This document shows, piece by piece, positions 15,201 through 30,200 of a DNA stretch of 64,000 bases. The notes beneath the pieces are model-generated. The model ran no database searches. It was not told the origin of the DNA and worked only from the letters and a program-made list of their open reading frames with translations. The DNA comes from Balanoglossus misakiensis (Eukaryota > Animalia > Hemichordata), in the NCBI GenBank assembly GCA_040954595.2, contig CM082582.2:1534303-1598302 (forward strand), in the 5' to 3' direction. The translations under genes were made by a program, and so were the position numbers. The stretch's first letter is position 1; each line of letters opens with the position of its first letter.

Positions 15201-18200
15201 TTTTGCAAAGACGAAAATTTGTCATTTTTTGATGATTTTCACCCATGATTTTTTTCAAAAATCGACGAAATTTTGAGATTTTGCAAAGTCGACGAAAATG
15301 TGTCATTTTTTGATGATTTTCACCCGTTTTTTTTCAAAATTTGTCATTTTTTGATGATTTTCACCCATGTTTTTTTTTTTAAAAAATCGACGAACCTATG
15401 ATTTTTTTCAAAATCGACGAAATTTTGTGATTTTACAAAGTCGACAATTTTGTCATTTTTTGATGATTTTCAACCATGATTTTTTTTCAAAAATCGACGA
15501 AATTTTGAGATTTTGCAAAGTCGTAAATGTGTCATTTTTTGATGATTTTCACCCGGTTTTTTTTCAAAAATCGACGAAATTTTGAGATTTTGCAAAGAGG
15601 AAAATTTGTCATTTTTTCATGATTTTCCCCCATGATTTTTTTCAAAAATCGACGAAATTTTGAGATTTTGCAAAGACGAAAATTTGTCATTTTTGATGAT
15701 TTTTACCCATGATTTTTTTCAAAAATGGACGAAATTTTGAGATTTTGCAAAGACGAAAATTTGTCATTTTTTGATGATTTTCACCAATGATTTTTTTTCA
15801 AAAAACGACGAAATTTTGAGATTTTGCAGAGGAAAATGTGTCATTTTTTGATGATTTTCACCCGTTTTTTTTTTTTCAAAATTTGTCATTTTTTGATGAT
15901 TTTCTCCCATGATTTTTTTCAAAATTGACGAAATTTTGAGATTTTGCAAAGTCGAAAATTTGTCATTTTGATGATTTTTACCCATGATTTTTTTTCAAAA
16001 ATGGACGAAATTTTGAGATTTTGCAAAGACGAAAATTTGTCATTTTTTGATGATTTTCACCAATGATTTTTTTTCAAAAAACGACGAAATTTTGAGATTT
16101 TGCAGAGGAAAATGTGTCATTTTTTGATGATTTTCACCCGTTTTTTTTTTCAAAATTTGTCATTTTTTGATGATTTTCTCCCATGATTTTTTTCAAAAAT
16201 TGACGAAATTTTGAGATTTTGCAAAGTCGAAAATTTGTCATTTTTGATGATTTTTACCCATGATTTTTTTTCAAAAATGGACGAAATTTTGAGATTTTGC
16301 AAAGACGAAAATTTGTCATTTTTTGATGATTTTCACCAATGATTTTTTTTCAAAAAACGACGAAATTTTGAGATTTTGCAGAGGAAAATGTGTCATTTTT
16401 TGATGATTTTCACCCGTTTTTTTTTTTTCAAAATTTGTCATTTTTTGATGATTTTCTCCCATGATTTTTTTCAAAAATTGACGAAATTTTGAGATTTTGC
16501 AAAGTCGAAAATTTGTCATTTTTGATGATTTTTACCCATGATTTTTTTTCAAAAATGGACGAAATTTTGAGATTTTGCAAAGACGAAAATTTGTCATTTT
16601 TTGATGATTTTCACCAATGATTTTTTTTCAAAAAACGACGAAATTTTGAGATTTTGCAGAGGAAAATGTGTCATTTTTTGATGATTTTCACCCGTTTTTT
16701 TTTTCAAAATTTGTCATTTTTTGATGATTTTCTCCCATGATTTTTTTCAAAAATTGACGAAATTTTGAGATTTTGCAAAGTCGAAAATTTGTCATTTTTG
16801 ATGATTTTTACCCATGATTTTTTTTCAAAAATGGACGAAATTTTGAGATTTTGCAAAGACGAAAATTTGTCATTTTTTGATGATTTTCACCAATGATTTT
16901 TTTTCAAAAAACGACGAAATTTTGAGAATTTGCAGAGGAAAATGTGTCATTTTTTGATGATTTTCACCCGTTTTTTTTTTCAAAATTTGTCATTTTTTGA
17001 TGATTTTCTCCCATGATTTTTTTCAAAAATTGACGAAATTTTGAGATTTTGCAAAGTCGAAAATTTGTCATTTTTGATGATTTTTACCCATGATTTTTTT
17101 TCAAAAATGGACGAAATTTTGAGATTTTGCAAAGACGAAAATTTGTCATTTTTTGATGATTTTCACCAATGATTTTTTTTCAAAAAACGACGAAATTTTG
17201 AGAATTTGCAGAGGAAAATGTGTCATTTTTTGATGATTTTCACCCGTTTTTTTTTTTCAAAATTTGTCATTTTTTGATGATTTTCTCCCATGATTTTTTT
17301 CAAAAATTGACGAAATTTTGAGATTTTGCAAAGTCGAAAATTTGTCATTTTTTGATGATTTTCACCCATGATTTTTTTCAAAATTGACGAAATTTTGAGA
17401 TTTTGCAAAGTCGAAAATTTCTCATTTTTTGGTGCATTTTCACCCATGATTTTTTTTCAAAAATCGACGAAATTGTGAGATTTTGCAAAGTCGAAAATTT
17501 GTCATTTTTTGATGATTTTCACCCATGATTTTTATTCAAAATTGACGAAATTTTGAGATTTTGCAAAGTCGAAAATTTGTCATTTTTTGATGATTTTCAC
17601 CCATGATTTTTTCAAAAATTGACGAAATGTTGAGATTTTGCAAAGTCGAAAATTTGTCATTTTTTGATGATTTTCCCCCATGATTGTTTTTTAAAAATGG
17701 ACGAAAGTTTGAGATTTTGCAAAGACGAAAATTTGTCATTTTTTGATGATTTTCACCAATGATTTTTTTTCAAAAAACGACGAAATTTTGAGATTTTGCA
17801 GAGGAAAATGTGTCATTTTTTGATGATTTTCACCCGTTTTTTTTTTTTCAAAATTTGTCATTTTTTGATGATTTTCTCCCATGATTTTTTTCAAAAATTG
17901 ACGAAATTTTGAGATTTTGCAAAGTCGAAAATTTGTCATTTTTGATGATTTTTACCCATGATTTTTTTTCAAAAATGGACGAAATTTTGAGATTTTGCAA
18001 AGACGAAAATTTGTCATTTTTTGATGATTTTCACCAATGATTTTTTTTCAAAAAACGACGAAATTTTGTTTTTGAGATTTTGCAGAGGAAAATGTGTCAT
18101 TTTTTGATGATTTTCACCCGTTTTTTTTTTCAAAATTTGTCATTTTTTGATGATTTTCTCCCATGATTTTTTTCAAAAATTGACGAAATTTTGAGATTTT

Positions 18201-21200
18201 GCAAAGTCGAAAATTTGTCATTTTTTGATGATTTTCACCCATGATTTTTTTCAAAAATCGACGAAATTTTGAGATTTTGCAAAGTCGAAAATTTGTCATT
18301 TTTTGATGATTTTCCCCCATGTTTTTTTTTTTAAATGGACGAAATTTTGAGATTTTGCAAAGACGAAAATTTGTTATTTTTTGATGATTTTCACCCATGA
18401 TTTTTTCAAAAATTGACGAAATTTTGAGATTTTGCAAAGTCGAAAATTTGTCATTTTTTATGATTTTCACACATGATTTTTTTCAAAAATCGACGAAATT
18501 GTGAGATTTTGCAAAGACGAAAATTTGTCATTTTTTGATGATTTTTACCCATGATTTTTTTTCAAAAATGGACGAAATTTTGAGGTTTTGCAAAGTCGAA
18601 AATTTGTTATTTTTTGATGATTTTCACCCATGTCTTTTTTTAAAAATCGACGAAATTTTGAGATTTTGCAAAGAGGAAAATTTGTCATTTTTTCATGATT
18701 TTCCCCCATGATTTTTTTCAAAAATCGACGAAATTTTGAGATTTTGCAAAGTCGACGAAAATGTGTCATTTTTTGATGATTTTCACCCGTTTTTTTTCAA
18801 AATTTGTCATTTTTTGATGATTTTCACCCATGTTTTTTTTTTAAAAAATCGACGAACCTATGATTTTTTTCAAAATCGACGAAATTTTGTGATTTTACAA
18901 AGTCGACAATTTTGTCATTTTTTGATGATTTTCAACCATGATTTTTTTTCAAAAATCGACGAAATTTTGAGATTTTGCAAAGACGAAAATTTGTCATTTT
19001 TTGATGATTTTCACCCATGATTTTTTTTCAAAAATCGACGAAATTTTGAGATTTTGCAAAGAGGAAAATTTGTCATTTTTTCATGATTTTCCCCCATGAT
19101 TTTTTTCAAAAATCGACGAAATTTTGTGATTTTACAAAGTCGAAAATTTTGTCATTTTTTGATGATTTTCAACCATGATTTTTTTTCAAAAATCGACGAA
19201 AATTTGAGATTTTGCAAAGACGAAAATTTGTCATTTTTGATGATTTTTACCCATGATTTTTTTTCAAAAATGGACGAAATTTTGAGATTTTGCAAAGACG
19301 AAAATTTGTCATTTTTTGATGATTTTCCCCCATGATTTTTTTCAAAAATCGACGAAATTTTGAGATTTTGCAAAGTCGACGAAAATGTGTCATTTTTTGA
19401 TGATTTTCACCCGTTTTTTTCAAAATTTGTCATTTTTTGATGATTTTCACCCATGTTTTTTTTTTAAAAAATCGACGAACCTATGATTTTTTTCAAAATC
19501 GACGAAATTTTGTGATTTTACAAAGTCGACAATTTTGTCATTTTTTGATGATTTTCAACCATGATTTTTTTTCAAAAATCGACGAAATTTTGAGATTTTG
19601 CAAAGTCGTAAATGTGTCATTTTTTGATGATTTTCACCCGGTTTTTTTCAAAAATCGACGAAATTTTGAGATTTTGCAAAGAGGAAAATTTGTCATTTTT
19701 TCATGATTTTCCCCCATGATTTTTTTCAAAAATCGACGAAATTTTGAGATTTTGCAAAGACGAAAATTTGTCATTTTTGATGATTTTTACCCATGATTTT
19801 TTTTCAAAAATGGACGAAATTTTGAGATTTTGCAAAGACGAAAATTTGTCATTTTTTGATGATTTTCACCAATGATTTTTTTTCAAAAAACGACGAAATT
19901 TTGAGATTTTGCAGAGGAAAATGTGTCATTTTTTGATGATTTTCACCCGTTTTTTTTTTTTCAAAATTTGTCATTTTTTGATGATTTTCTCCCATGATTT
20001 TTTTCAAAAATTGACGAAATTTTGAGATTTTGCAAAGTCGAAAATTTGTCATTTTTGATGATTTTTACCCATGATTTTTTTTCAAAAATGGACGAAATTT
20101 TGAGATTTTGCAAAGACGAAAATTTGTCATTTTTTGATGATTTTCACCAATGATTTTTTTTCAAAAAACGACGAAATTTTGAGATTTTGCAGAGGAAAAT
20201 GTGTCATTTTTTGATGATTTTCACCCGTTTTTTTTTTCAAAATTTGTCATTTTTTGATGATTTTCTCCCATGATTTTTTTCAAAAATTGACGAAATTTTG
20301 AGATTTTGCAAAGTCGAAAATTTGTCATTTTTGATGATTTTTACCCATGATTTTTTTTCAAAAATGGACGAAATTTTGAGATTTTGCAAAGACGAAAATT
20401 TGTCATTTTTTGATGATTTTCACCAATGATTTTTTTTCAAAAAACGACGAAATTTTGAGATTTTGCAGAGGAAAATGTGTCATTTTTTGATGATTTTCAC
20501 CCGTTTTTTTTTTTTCAAAATTTGTCATTTTTTGATGATTTTCTCCCATGATTTTTTTCAAAAATTGACGAAATTTTGAGATTTTGCAAAGTCGAAAATT
20601 TGTCATTTTTGATGATTTTTACCCATGATTTTTTTTCAAAAATGGACGAAATTTTGAGATTTTGCAAAGACGAAAATTTGTCATTTTTTGATGATTTTCA
20701 CCAATGATTTTTTTTCAAAAAACGACGAAATTTTGAGATTTTGCAGAGGAAAATGTGTCATTTTTTGATGATTTTCACCCGTTTTTTTTTTCAAAATTTG
20801 TCATTTTTTGATGATTTTCTCCCATGATTTTTTTCAAAAATTGACGAAATTTTGAGATTTTGCAAAGTCGAAAATTTGTCATTTTTGATGATTTTTACCC
20901 ATGATTTTTTTTCAAAAATGGACGAAATTTTGAGATTTTGCAAAGACGAAAATTTGTCATTTTTTGATGATTTTCACCAATGATTTTTTTTCAAAAAACG
21001 ACGAAATTTTGAGAATTTGCAGAGGAAAATGTGTCATTTTTTGATGATTTTCACCCGTTTTTTTTTTCAAAATTTGTCATTTTTTGATGATTTTCTCCCA
21101 TGATTTTTTTCAAAAATTGACGAAATTTTGAGATTTTGCAAAGTCGAAAATTTGTCATTTTTGATGATTTTTACCCATGATTTTTTTTCAAAAATGGACG

Positions 21201-24200
21201 AAATTTTGAGATTTTGCAAAGACGAAAATTTGTCATTTTTTGATGATTTTCACCAATGATTTTTTTTCAAAAAACGACGAAATTTTGAGAATTTGCAGAG
21301 GAAAATGTGTCATTTTTTGATGATTTTCACCCGTTTTTTTTTTTCAAAATTTGTCATTTTTTGATGATTTTCTCCCATGATTTTTTTCAAAAATTGACGA
21401 AATTTTGAGATTTTGCAAAGTCGAAAATTTGTCATTTTTTGATGATTTTCACCCATGATTTTTTTCAAAATTGACGAAATTTTGAGATTTTGCAAAGTCG
21501 AAAATTTCTCATTTTTTGGTGCATTTTCACCCATGATTTTTTTTCAAAAATCGACGAAATTGTGAGATTTTGCAAAGTCGAAAATTTGTCATTTTTTGAT
21601 GATTTTCACCCATGATTTTTATTCAAAATTGACGAAATTTTGAGATTTTGCAAAGTCGAAAATTTGTCATTTTTTGATGATTTTCACCCATGATTTTTTC
21701 AAAAATTGACGAAATGTTGAGATTTTGCAAAGTCGAAAATTTGTCATTTTTTGATGATTTTCCCCCATGATTGTTTTTTAAAAATGGACGAAAGTTTGAG
21801 ATTTTGCAAAGACGAAAATTTGTCATTTTTTGATGATTTTCACCAATGATTTTTTTTCAAAAAACGACGAAATTTTGAGATTTTGCAGAGGAAAATGTGT
21901 CATTTTTTGATGATTTTCACCCGTTTTTTTTTTTCAAAATTTGTCATTTTTTGATGATTTTCTCCCATGATTTTTTTCAAAAATTGACGAAATTTTGAGA
22001 TTTTGCAAAGTCGAAAATTTGTCATTTTTGATGATTTTTACCCATGATTTTTTTTCAAAAATGGACGAAATTTTGAGATTTTGCAAAGACGAAAATTTGT
22101 CATTTTTTGATGATTTTCACCAATGATTTTTTTTCAAAAAACGACGAAATTTTGTTTTTGAGATTTTGCAGAGGAAAATGTGTCATTTTTTGATGATTTT
22201 CACCCGTTTTTTTTTTCAAAATTTGTCATTTTTTGATGATTTTCTCCCATGATTTTTTTCAAAATTGACGAAATTTTGAGATTTTGCAAAGTCGAAAATT
22301 TGTCATTTTTTGATGATTTTCACCCATGATTTTTTTCAAAAATCGACGAAATTTTGAGATTTTGCAAAGTCGAAAATTTGTCATTTTTTGATGATTTTCC
22401 CCCATGTTTTTTTTTTTAAATGGACGAAATTTTGAGATTTTGCAAAGACGAAAATTTGTTATTTTTTGATGATTTTCACCCATGATTTTTTCAAAAATTG
22501 ACGAAATTTTGAGATTTTGCAAAGTCGAAAATTTGTCATTTTTTATGATTTTCACACATGATTTTTTTCAAAAATCGACGAAATTGTGAGATTTTGCAAA
22601 GACGAAAATTTGTCATTTTTTGATGATTTTTACCCATGATTTTTTTTCAAAAATGGACGAAATTTTGAGGTTTTGCAAAGTCGAAAATTTGTTATTTTTG
22701 ATGATTTTCACCCATGTCTTTTTTTAAAAATCGACGAAATTTTGAGATTTTGCAAAGAGGAAAATTTGTCATTTTTTCATGATTTTCCCCCATGATTTTT
22801 TTCAAAAATCGACGAAATTTTGAGATTTTGCAAAGTCGACGAAAATGTGTCATTTTTTGATGATTTTCACCCGTTTTTTTTCAAAATTTGTCATTTTTTG
22901 ATGATTTTCACCCATGTTTTTTTTTTTAAAAATCGACGAACCTATGATTTTTTTCAAAATCGACGAAATTTTGTGATTTTACAAAGTCGACAATTTTGTC
23001 ATTTTTTGATGATTTTCAACCATGATTTTTTTTCAAAAATCGACGAAATTTTGAGATTTTGCAAAGACGAAAATTTGTCATTTTTTGATGATTTTCACCC
23101 ATGATTTTTTTTCAAAAATCGACGAAATTTTGAGATTTTGCAAAGAGGAAAATTTGTCATTTTTTCATGATTTTCCCCCATGATTTTTTTCAAAAATCGA
23201 CGAAATTTTGTGATTTTACAAAGTCGAAAATTTTGTCATTTTTTGATGATTTTCAACCATGATTTTTTTTCAAAAATCGACGAAAATTTGAGATTTTGCA
23301 AAGACGAAAATTTGTCATTTTTGATGATTTTTACCCATGATTTTTTTTCAAAAATGGACGAAATTTTGAGATTTTGCAAAGACGAAAATTTGTCATTTTT
23401 TGATGATTTTCCCCCATGATTTTTTTCAAAAATCGACGAAATTTTGAGATTTTGCAAAGTCGACGAAAATGTGTCATTTTTTGATGATTTTCACCCGTTT
23501 TTTTTCAAAATTTGTCATTTTTTGATGATTTTCACCCATGTTTTTTTTTTAAAAAATCGACGAACCTATGATTTTTTTCAAAATCGACGAAATTTTGTGA
23601 TTTTACAAAGTCGACAATTTTGTCATTTTTTGATGATTTTCAACCATGATTTTTTTTCAAAAATCGACGAAATTTTGAGATTTTGCAAAGTCGTAAATGT
23701 GTCATTTTTTGATGATTTTCACCCGGTTTTTTTTCAAAAATCGACGAAATTTTGAGATTTTGCAAAGAGGAAAATTTGTCATTTTTTCATGATTTTCCCC
23801 CATGATTTTTTTCAAAAATCGACGAAATTTTGAGATTTTGCAAAGACGAAAATTTGTCATTTTTGATGATTTTTACCCATGATTTTTTTTCAAAAATGGA
23901 CGAAATTTTGAGATTTTGCAAAGACGAAAATTTGTCATTTTTTGATGATTTTCACCAATGATTTTTTTTCAAAAAACGACGAAATTTTGAGATTTTGCAG
24001 AGGAAAATGTGTCATTTTTTGATGATTTTCACCCGTTTTTTTTTTTTCAAAATTTGTCATTTTTTGATGATTTTCTCCCATGATTTTTTTCAAAAATTGA
24101 CGAAATTTTGAGATTTTGCAAAGTCGAAAATTTGTCATTTTTGATGATTTTTACCCATGATTTTTTTTCAAAAATGGACGAAATTTTGAGATTTTGCAAA

Positions 24201-27200
24201 GACGAAAATTTGTCATTTTTTGATGATTTTCACCAATGATTTTTTTTCAAAAAACGACGAAATTTTGAGATTTTGCAGAGGAAAATGTGTCATTTTTTGA
24301 TGATTTTCACCCGTTTTTTTTTTCAAAATTTGTCATTTTTTGATGATTTTCTCCCATGATTTTTTTCAAAAATTGACGAAATTTTGAGATTTTGCAAAGT
24401 CGAAAATTTGTCATTTTTGATGATTTTTACCCATGATTTTTTTTCAAAAATGGACGAAATTTTGAGATTTTGCAAAGACGAAAATTTGTCATTTTTTGAT
24501 GATTTTCACCAATGATTTTTTTTCAAAAAACGACGAAATTTTGAGAATTTGCAGAGGAAAATGTGTCATTTTTTGATGATTTTCACCCGTTTTTTTTTCA
24601 AAATTTGTCATTTTTTGATGATTTTCTCCCATGATTTTTTTCAAAAATTGACGAAATTTTGAGATTTTGCAAAGTCGAAAGTTTGTCATTTTTGATGATT
24701 TTTACCCATGATTTTTTTTCAAAAATGGACGAAATTTTGAGATTTTGCAAAGACGAAAATTTGTCATTTTTTGATGATTTTCACCAATGATTTTTTTTCA
24801 AAAAACGACGAAATTTTGAGAATTTGCAGAGGAAAATGTGTCATTTTTTGATGATTTTCACCCGTTTTTTTTTTCAAAATTTGTCATTTTTTGATGATTT
24901 TCTCCCATGATTTTTTTCAAAAATTGACGAAATTTTGAGATTTTGCAAAGTCGAAAATTTGTCATTTTTTGATGATTTTCACCCATGATTTTTATTCAAA
25001 ATTGACGAAATTTTGAGATTTTGCAAAGTCGAAAATTTGTCATTTTTTGATGATTTTCACCCATGATTTTTTCAAAAATTGACGAAATGTTGAGATTTTG
25101 CAAAGTCGAAAATTTGTCATTTTTTGATGATTTTCCCCCATGATTGTTTTTTAAAAATGGACGAAAGTTTGAGATTTTGCAAAGACGAAAATTTGTCATT
25201 TTTTGATGATTTTCACCAATGATTTTTTTTCAAAAAACGACGAAATTTTGTTTTTGAGATTTTGCAGAGGAAAATGTGTCATTTTTTGATGATTTTCACC
25301 CATGATTTTTATTCAAAATTGACGAAATTTTGAGATTTTGCAAAGTCGAAAATTTGTCATTTTTTGATGATTTTCACCCATGATTTTTTCAAAAATTGAC
25401 GAAATGTTGAGATTTTGCAAAGTCGAAAATTTGTCATTTTTTGATGATTTTCCCCCATGATTGTTTTTTAAAAATGGGCGAAAGTTTGAGATTTTGCAAA
25501 GACGAAAATTTGTCATTTTTTGATGATTTTCACCAATGATTTTTTTTCAAAAAACGACGAAATTTTGAGATTTTGCAGAGGAAAATGTGTCATTTTTTGA
25601 TGATTTTCACCCGTTTTTTTTTTTTCAAAATTTGTCATTTTTTGATGATTTTCTCCCATGATTTTTTTCAAAAATTGACGAAATTTTGAGATTTTGCAAA
25701 GTCGAAAATTTGTCATTTTTGATGATTTTTACCCATGATTTTTTTTCAAAAATGGACGAAATTTTGAGATTTTGCAAAGACGAAAATTTGTCATTTTTTG
25801 ATGATTTTCACCAATGATTTTTTTTCAAAAAACGACGAAATTTTGTTTTTGAGATTTTGCAGAGGAAAATGTGTCATTTTTTGATGATTTTCACCCGTTT
25901 TTTTTTTCAAAATTTGTCATTTTTTGATGATTTTCTCCCATGATTTTTTTCAAAAATTGACGAAATTTTGAGATTTTGCAAAGTCGAAAATTTGTCATTT
26001 TTTGATGATTTTCACCCATGATTTTTTTCAAAAATCGACGAAATTTTGAGATTTTGCAAAGTCGAAAATTTGTCATTTTTTGATGATTTTCCCCCATGTT
26101 TTTTTTTTTAAATGGACGAAATTTTGAGATTTTGCAAAGACGAAAATTTGTTATTTTTTGATGATTTTCACCCATGATTTTTTCAAAAATTGACGAAATT
26201 TTGAGATTTTGCAAAGTCGAAAATTTGTCATTTTTTATGATTTTCACACATGATTTTTTTCAAAAATCGACGAAATTGTGAGATTTTGCAAAGACGAAAA
26301 TTTGTCATTTTTTGATGATTTTTACCCATGATTTTTTTTCAAAAATGGACGAAATTTTGAGGTTTTGCAAAGTCGAAAATTTGTTATTTTTTGATGATTT
26401 TCACCCATGTCTTTTTTTAAAAATCGACGAAATTTTGAGATTTTGCAAAGAGGAAAATTTGTCATTTTTTCATGATTTTCCCCCATGATTTTTTTCAAAA
26501 ATCGACGAAATTTTGAGATTTTGCAAAGTCGACGAAAATGTGTCATTTTTTGATGATTTTCACCCGTTTTTTTTCAAAATTTGTCATTTTTTGATGATTT
26601 TCACCCATGTTTTTTTTTTAAAAAATCGACGAACCTATGATTTTTTTCAAAATCGACGAAATTTTGTGATTTTACAAAGTCGACAATTTTGTCATTTTTT
26701 GATGATTTTCAACCATGATTTTTTTTCAAAAATCGACGAAATTTTGAGATTTTGCAAAGACGAAAATTTGTCATTTTTTGATGATTTTCACCCATGATTT
26801 TTTTTCAAAAATCGACGAAATTTTGAGATTTTGCAAAGAGGAAAATTTGTCATTTTTTCATGATTTTCCCCCATGATTTTTTTCAAAAATCGACGAAATT
26901 TTGTGATTTTACAAAGTCGAAAATTTTGTCATTTTTTGATGATTTTCAACCATGATTTTTTTTCAAAAATCGACGAAAATTTGAGATTTTGCAAAGACGA
27001 AAATTTGTCATTTTTGATGATTTTTACCCATGATTTTTTTTCAAAAATGGACGAAATTTTGAGATTTTGCAAAGACGAAAATTTGTCATTTTTTGATGAT
27101 TTTCACCCATGATTTTTTTTCAAAAATCGACGAAATTTTGAGATTTTGCAAAGTCGTAAATGTGTCATTTTTTGATGATTTTCACCAGTTTTTTTTTTCA

Positions 27201-30200
27201 AAATTTGTCATTTTTTCATGATTTTTTTCAAAAATCGACGAAAATTTGAGATTTTGCAAAGACGAAAATTTGTCATTTTTTGATGATTTTCACCCATGAT
27301 TTTTTTTCAAAAAACGACGAAATTTTGATATTTTGCAAAGAGGAAAATTTGTCATTTTTTCATGATTTTCACCCATGATTTTTTTCAAAAATCGACGAAA
27401 TTTTGAGATTTTGCAAAGACGAAAATTTGTCATTTTTGATGATTTTTACCCATGATTTTTTTTCAAAAATGGACGAAATTTTGAGATTTTGCAAAGACGA
27501 AAATTTGTCATTTTTTGATGATTTTCACCAATGATTTTTTTTCAAAAAACGACGAAATTTTGAGATTTTGCAGAGGAAAATGTGTCATTTTTTGATGATT
27601 TTCACCCGTTTTTTTTTTTTCAAAATTTGTCATTTTTTGATGATTTTCTCCCATGATTTTTTTCAAAAATTGACGAAATTTTGAGATTTTGCAAAGTCGA
27701 AAATTTGTCATTTTTGATGATTTTTACCCATGATTTTTTTTCAAAAATGGACGAAATTTTGAGATTTTGCAAAGACGAAAATTTGACATTTTTTGATGAT
27801 TTTCACCAATGATTTTTTTTCAAAAAACGACGAAATTTTGAGATTTTGCAGAGGAAAATGTGTCATTTTTTGATGATTTTCACCCGTTTTTTTTTTCAAA
27901 ATTTGTCATTTTTTGATGATTTTCTCCCATGATTTTTTTCAAAAATTGACGAAATTTTGAGATTTTGCAAAGTCGAAAATTTGTCATTTTTGATGATTTT
28001 TACCCATGATTTTTTTTCAAAAATGGACGAAATTTTGAGATTTTGCAAAGACGAAAATTTGTCATTTTTTGATGATTTTCACCAATGATTTTTTTTCAAA
28101 AAACGACGAAATTTTGAGAATTTGCAGAGGAAAATGTCATTTTTTGATGATTTTCACCCGTTTTTTTTTTTCAAAATTTGTCATTTTTTGATGATTTTCT
28201 CCCATGATTTTTTTCAAAAATTGACGAAATTTTGAGATTTTGCAAAGTCGAAAATTTGTCATTTTTTGATGATTTTCACCCATGATTTTTTTCAAAATTG
28301 ACGAAATTTTGAGATTTTGCAAAGTCGAAAATTTCTCATTTTTTGGTGCATTTTCACCCATGATTTTTTTTCAAAAATCGACGAAATTGTGAGATTTTGC
28401 AAAGTCGAAAATTTGTCATTTTTTGATGATTTTCACCCATGATTTTTATTCAAAATTGACGAAATTTTGAGATTTTGCAAAGTCGAAAATTTGTCATTTT
28501 TTGATGATTTTCACCCATGATTTTTTCAAAAATTGACGAAATGTTGAGATTTTGCAAAGTCGAAAATTTGTCATTTTTTGATGATTTTCCCCCATGATTG
28601 TTTTTTAAAAATGGACGAAAGTTTGAGATTTTGCAAAGACGAAAATTTGTCATTTTTTGATGATTTTCACCAATGATTTTTTTTCAAAAAACGACGAAAT
28701 TTTGAGATTTTGCAGAGGAAAATGTGTCATTTTTTGATGAATTTCACCCGTTTTTTTTTTTTTCAAAATTTGTCATTTTTTGATGATTTTCTCCCATGAT
28801 TTTTTTCAAAAATTGACGAAATTTTGAGATTTTGCAAAGTCGAAAATTTGTCATTTTTGATGATTTTTACCCATGATTTTTTTTCAAAAATGGACGAAAT
28901 TTTGAGATTTTGCAAAGACGAAAATTTGTCATTTTTTGATGATTTTCACCAATGATTTTTTTTCAAAAAACGACGAAATTTTGTTTTTGAGATTTTGCAG
29001 AGGAAAATGTGTCATTTTTTGATGATTTTCACCCGTTTTTTTTTTCAAAATTTGTCATTTTTTGATGATTTTCTCCCATGATTTTTTTCAAAAATTGACG
29101 AAATTTTGAGATTTTGCAAAGTCGAAAATTTGTCATTTTTTGATGATTTTCACCCATGATTTTTTTCAAAAATCGACGAAATTTTGAGATTTTGCAAAGT
29201 CGAAAATTTGTCATTTTTTGATGATTTTCCCCCATGTTTTTTTTTTTAAATGGACGAAATTTTGAGATTTTGCAAAGACGAAAATTTGTTATTTTTTGAT
29301 GATTTTCACCCATGATTTTTTCAAAAATCGACGAAATTGTGAGATTTTGCAAAGACGAAAATTTGTCATTTTTTGATGATTTTTACCCATGATTTTTTTT
29401 CAAAAATGGACGAAATTTTGAGGTTTTGCAAAGTCGAAAATTTGTTATTTTTTGATGATTTTCACCCATGTCTTTTTTTAAAAATCGACGAAATTTTGAG
29501 ATTTTGCAAAGAGGAAAATTTGTCATTTTTTCATGATTTTCCCCCATGATTTTTTTCAAAAATCGACGAAATTTTGAGATTTTGCAAAGTCGACGAAAAT
29601 GTGTCATTTTTTGATGATTTTCACCCGTTTTTTTTCAAAATTTGTCATTTTTTGATGATTTTCACCCATGTTTTTTTTTAAAAAATCGACGAACCTATGA
29701 TTTTTTTCAAAATCGACGAAATTTTGTGATTTTACAAAGTCGACAATTTTGTCATTTTTTGATGATTTTCAACCATGATTTTTTTTCAAAAATCGACGAA
29801 ATTTTGAGATTTTGCAAAGACGAAAATTTGTCATTTTTTGATGATTTTCACCCATGATTTTTTTTCAAAAATCGACGAAATTTTGAGATTTTGCAAAGAG
29901 GAAAATTTGTCATTTTTTCATGATTTTCCCCCATGATTTTTTTCAAAAATCGACGAAATTTTGTGATTTTACAAAGTCGAAAATTTTGTCATTTTTTGAT
30001 GATTTTCAACCATGATTTTTTTTCAAAAATCGACGAAAATTTGAGATTTTGCAAAGACGAAAATTTGTCATTTTTGATGATTTTTACCCATGATTTTTTT
30101 TCAAAAATGGACGAAATTTTGAGATTTTGCAAAGACGAAAATTTGTCATTTTTTGATGATTTTCACCCATGATTTTTTTTCAAAAATCGACGAAATTTTG